A stretch of 64,000 bases of DNA. Source: Chiloscyllium plagiosum (lineage: Eukaryota). The notes under the pieces are model-generated. The model made no database searches. It saw only the letters and a program-made list of their open reading frames with translations, and was not told the origin of the DNA. Every line of letters starts with the position of its first letter. The first letter of the stretch is position 1. The stretch is from the NCBI RefSeq assembly GCF_004010195.1, contig NC_057720.1, positions 24,472,414 to 24,536,413 on the forward strand, given 5' to 3'. Positions 63,463 to 64,000 of the stretch are shown piece by piece. A program made the position numbers and the translations under genes.

Positions 63463-64000
63463 ACTCAGCAAACTACTCAAAAACCTTAACAAAATCTAAA
63501 GCATAGATCTCTTTGTTGAGAGTGTTCAGCCGTCCATATTTCCCAGTCCTACAATAGAGTGCACTAGGCAAGTGAACCTACTATTATATCACCATGGGTT
63601 CAAGTTATGAAATACTGCCCCACTCTAACATAAACATTTTCCGCGTTACTCACAGGAAAAGACTTGATTGACCAAAGGACAGCATTTTTTTCTGGTACCC
63701 ATTTTGCAGTGCCTGTACTTGTCTTGAATTTTGGTGAATCAGCATCACTGGGAACTGGTACTAAAATCTCAACATTGTTTGCTGTAGAACGGTGTTTAAA
63801 TTGACTCTTAGCCTGAATTTAAGCAGATAGAAAACTCTGAGTTATGAAATTAGTTACAAGTAACAATGATATATGAAAATATGCAGTACCAAAATAAATG
63901 ACTGAAAACCACAGATATATGTTCACACGTGCACACATTCTAGAACAAAATTAACTATTAGATGAATAAAACTTAAGCTGCTAATTCCAATGAAGAAATG

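Overview
Eukaryotic, AT-rich, repeat-dense vertebrate DNA. The repeat content (HE1-type SINEs, HER1/CR1 LINEs, Deu-domain SINEs, Penelope elements) points to a shark, possibly a carpet/bamboo shark (inference). Genes, all on the + strand: the last four coding exons of CFAP57/WDR65 (5308-22833), then two intact single-coding-exon TMEM125 paralogs in tandem (28869-29531 and 42048-42710; 220 aa each, about 71% identical by hand count, no indels). CFAP57 followed by TMEM125 is the order known from human 1p34.2. The paralogs share about 1.3 kb of diverged upstream sequence, but only the second keeps a CpG-rich promoter-like region. Most of the rest is nested transposon debris: a solo LTR, an endonuclease-deleted Penelope element, and short Penelope-derived palindromic elements with hammerhead-ribozyme-like motifs. 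There are several local templated duplications and a 500-N assembly gap at 47007-47506. I recognised no gene after about 43.2 kb. I found no convincing wholly new system; the best leads are the TMEM125 pair and the ribozyme-bearing short elements. All alignments and counts were done by eye, and repeat family names are recalled, not searched.
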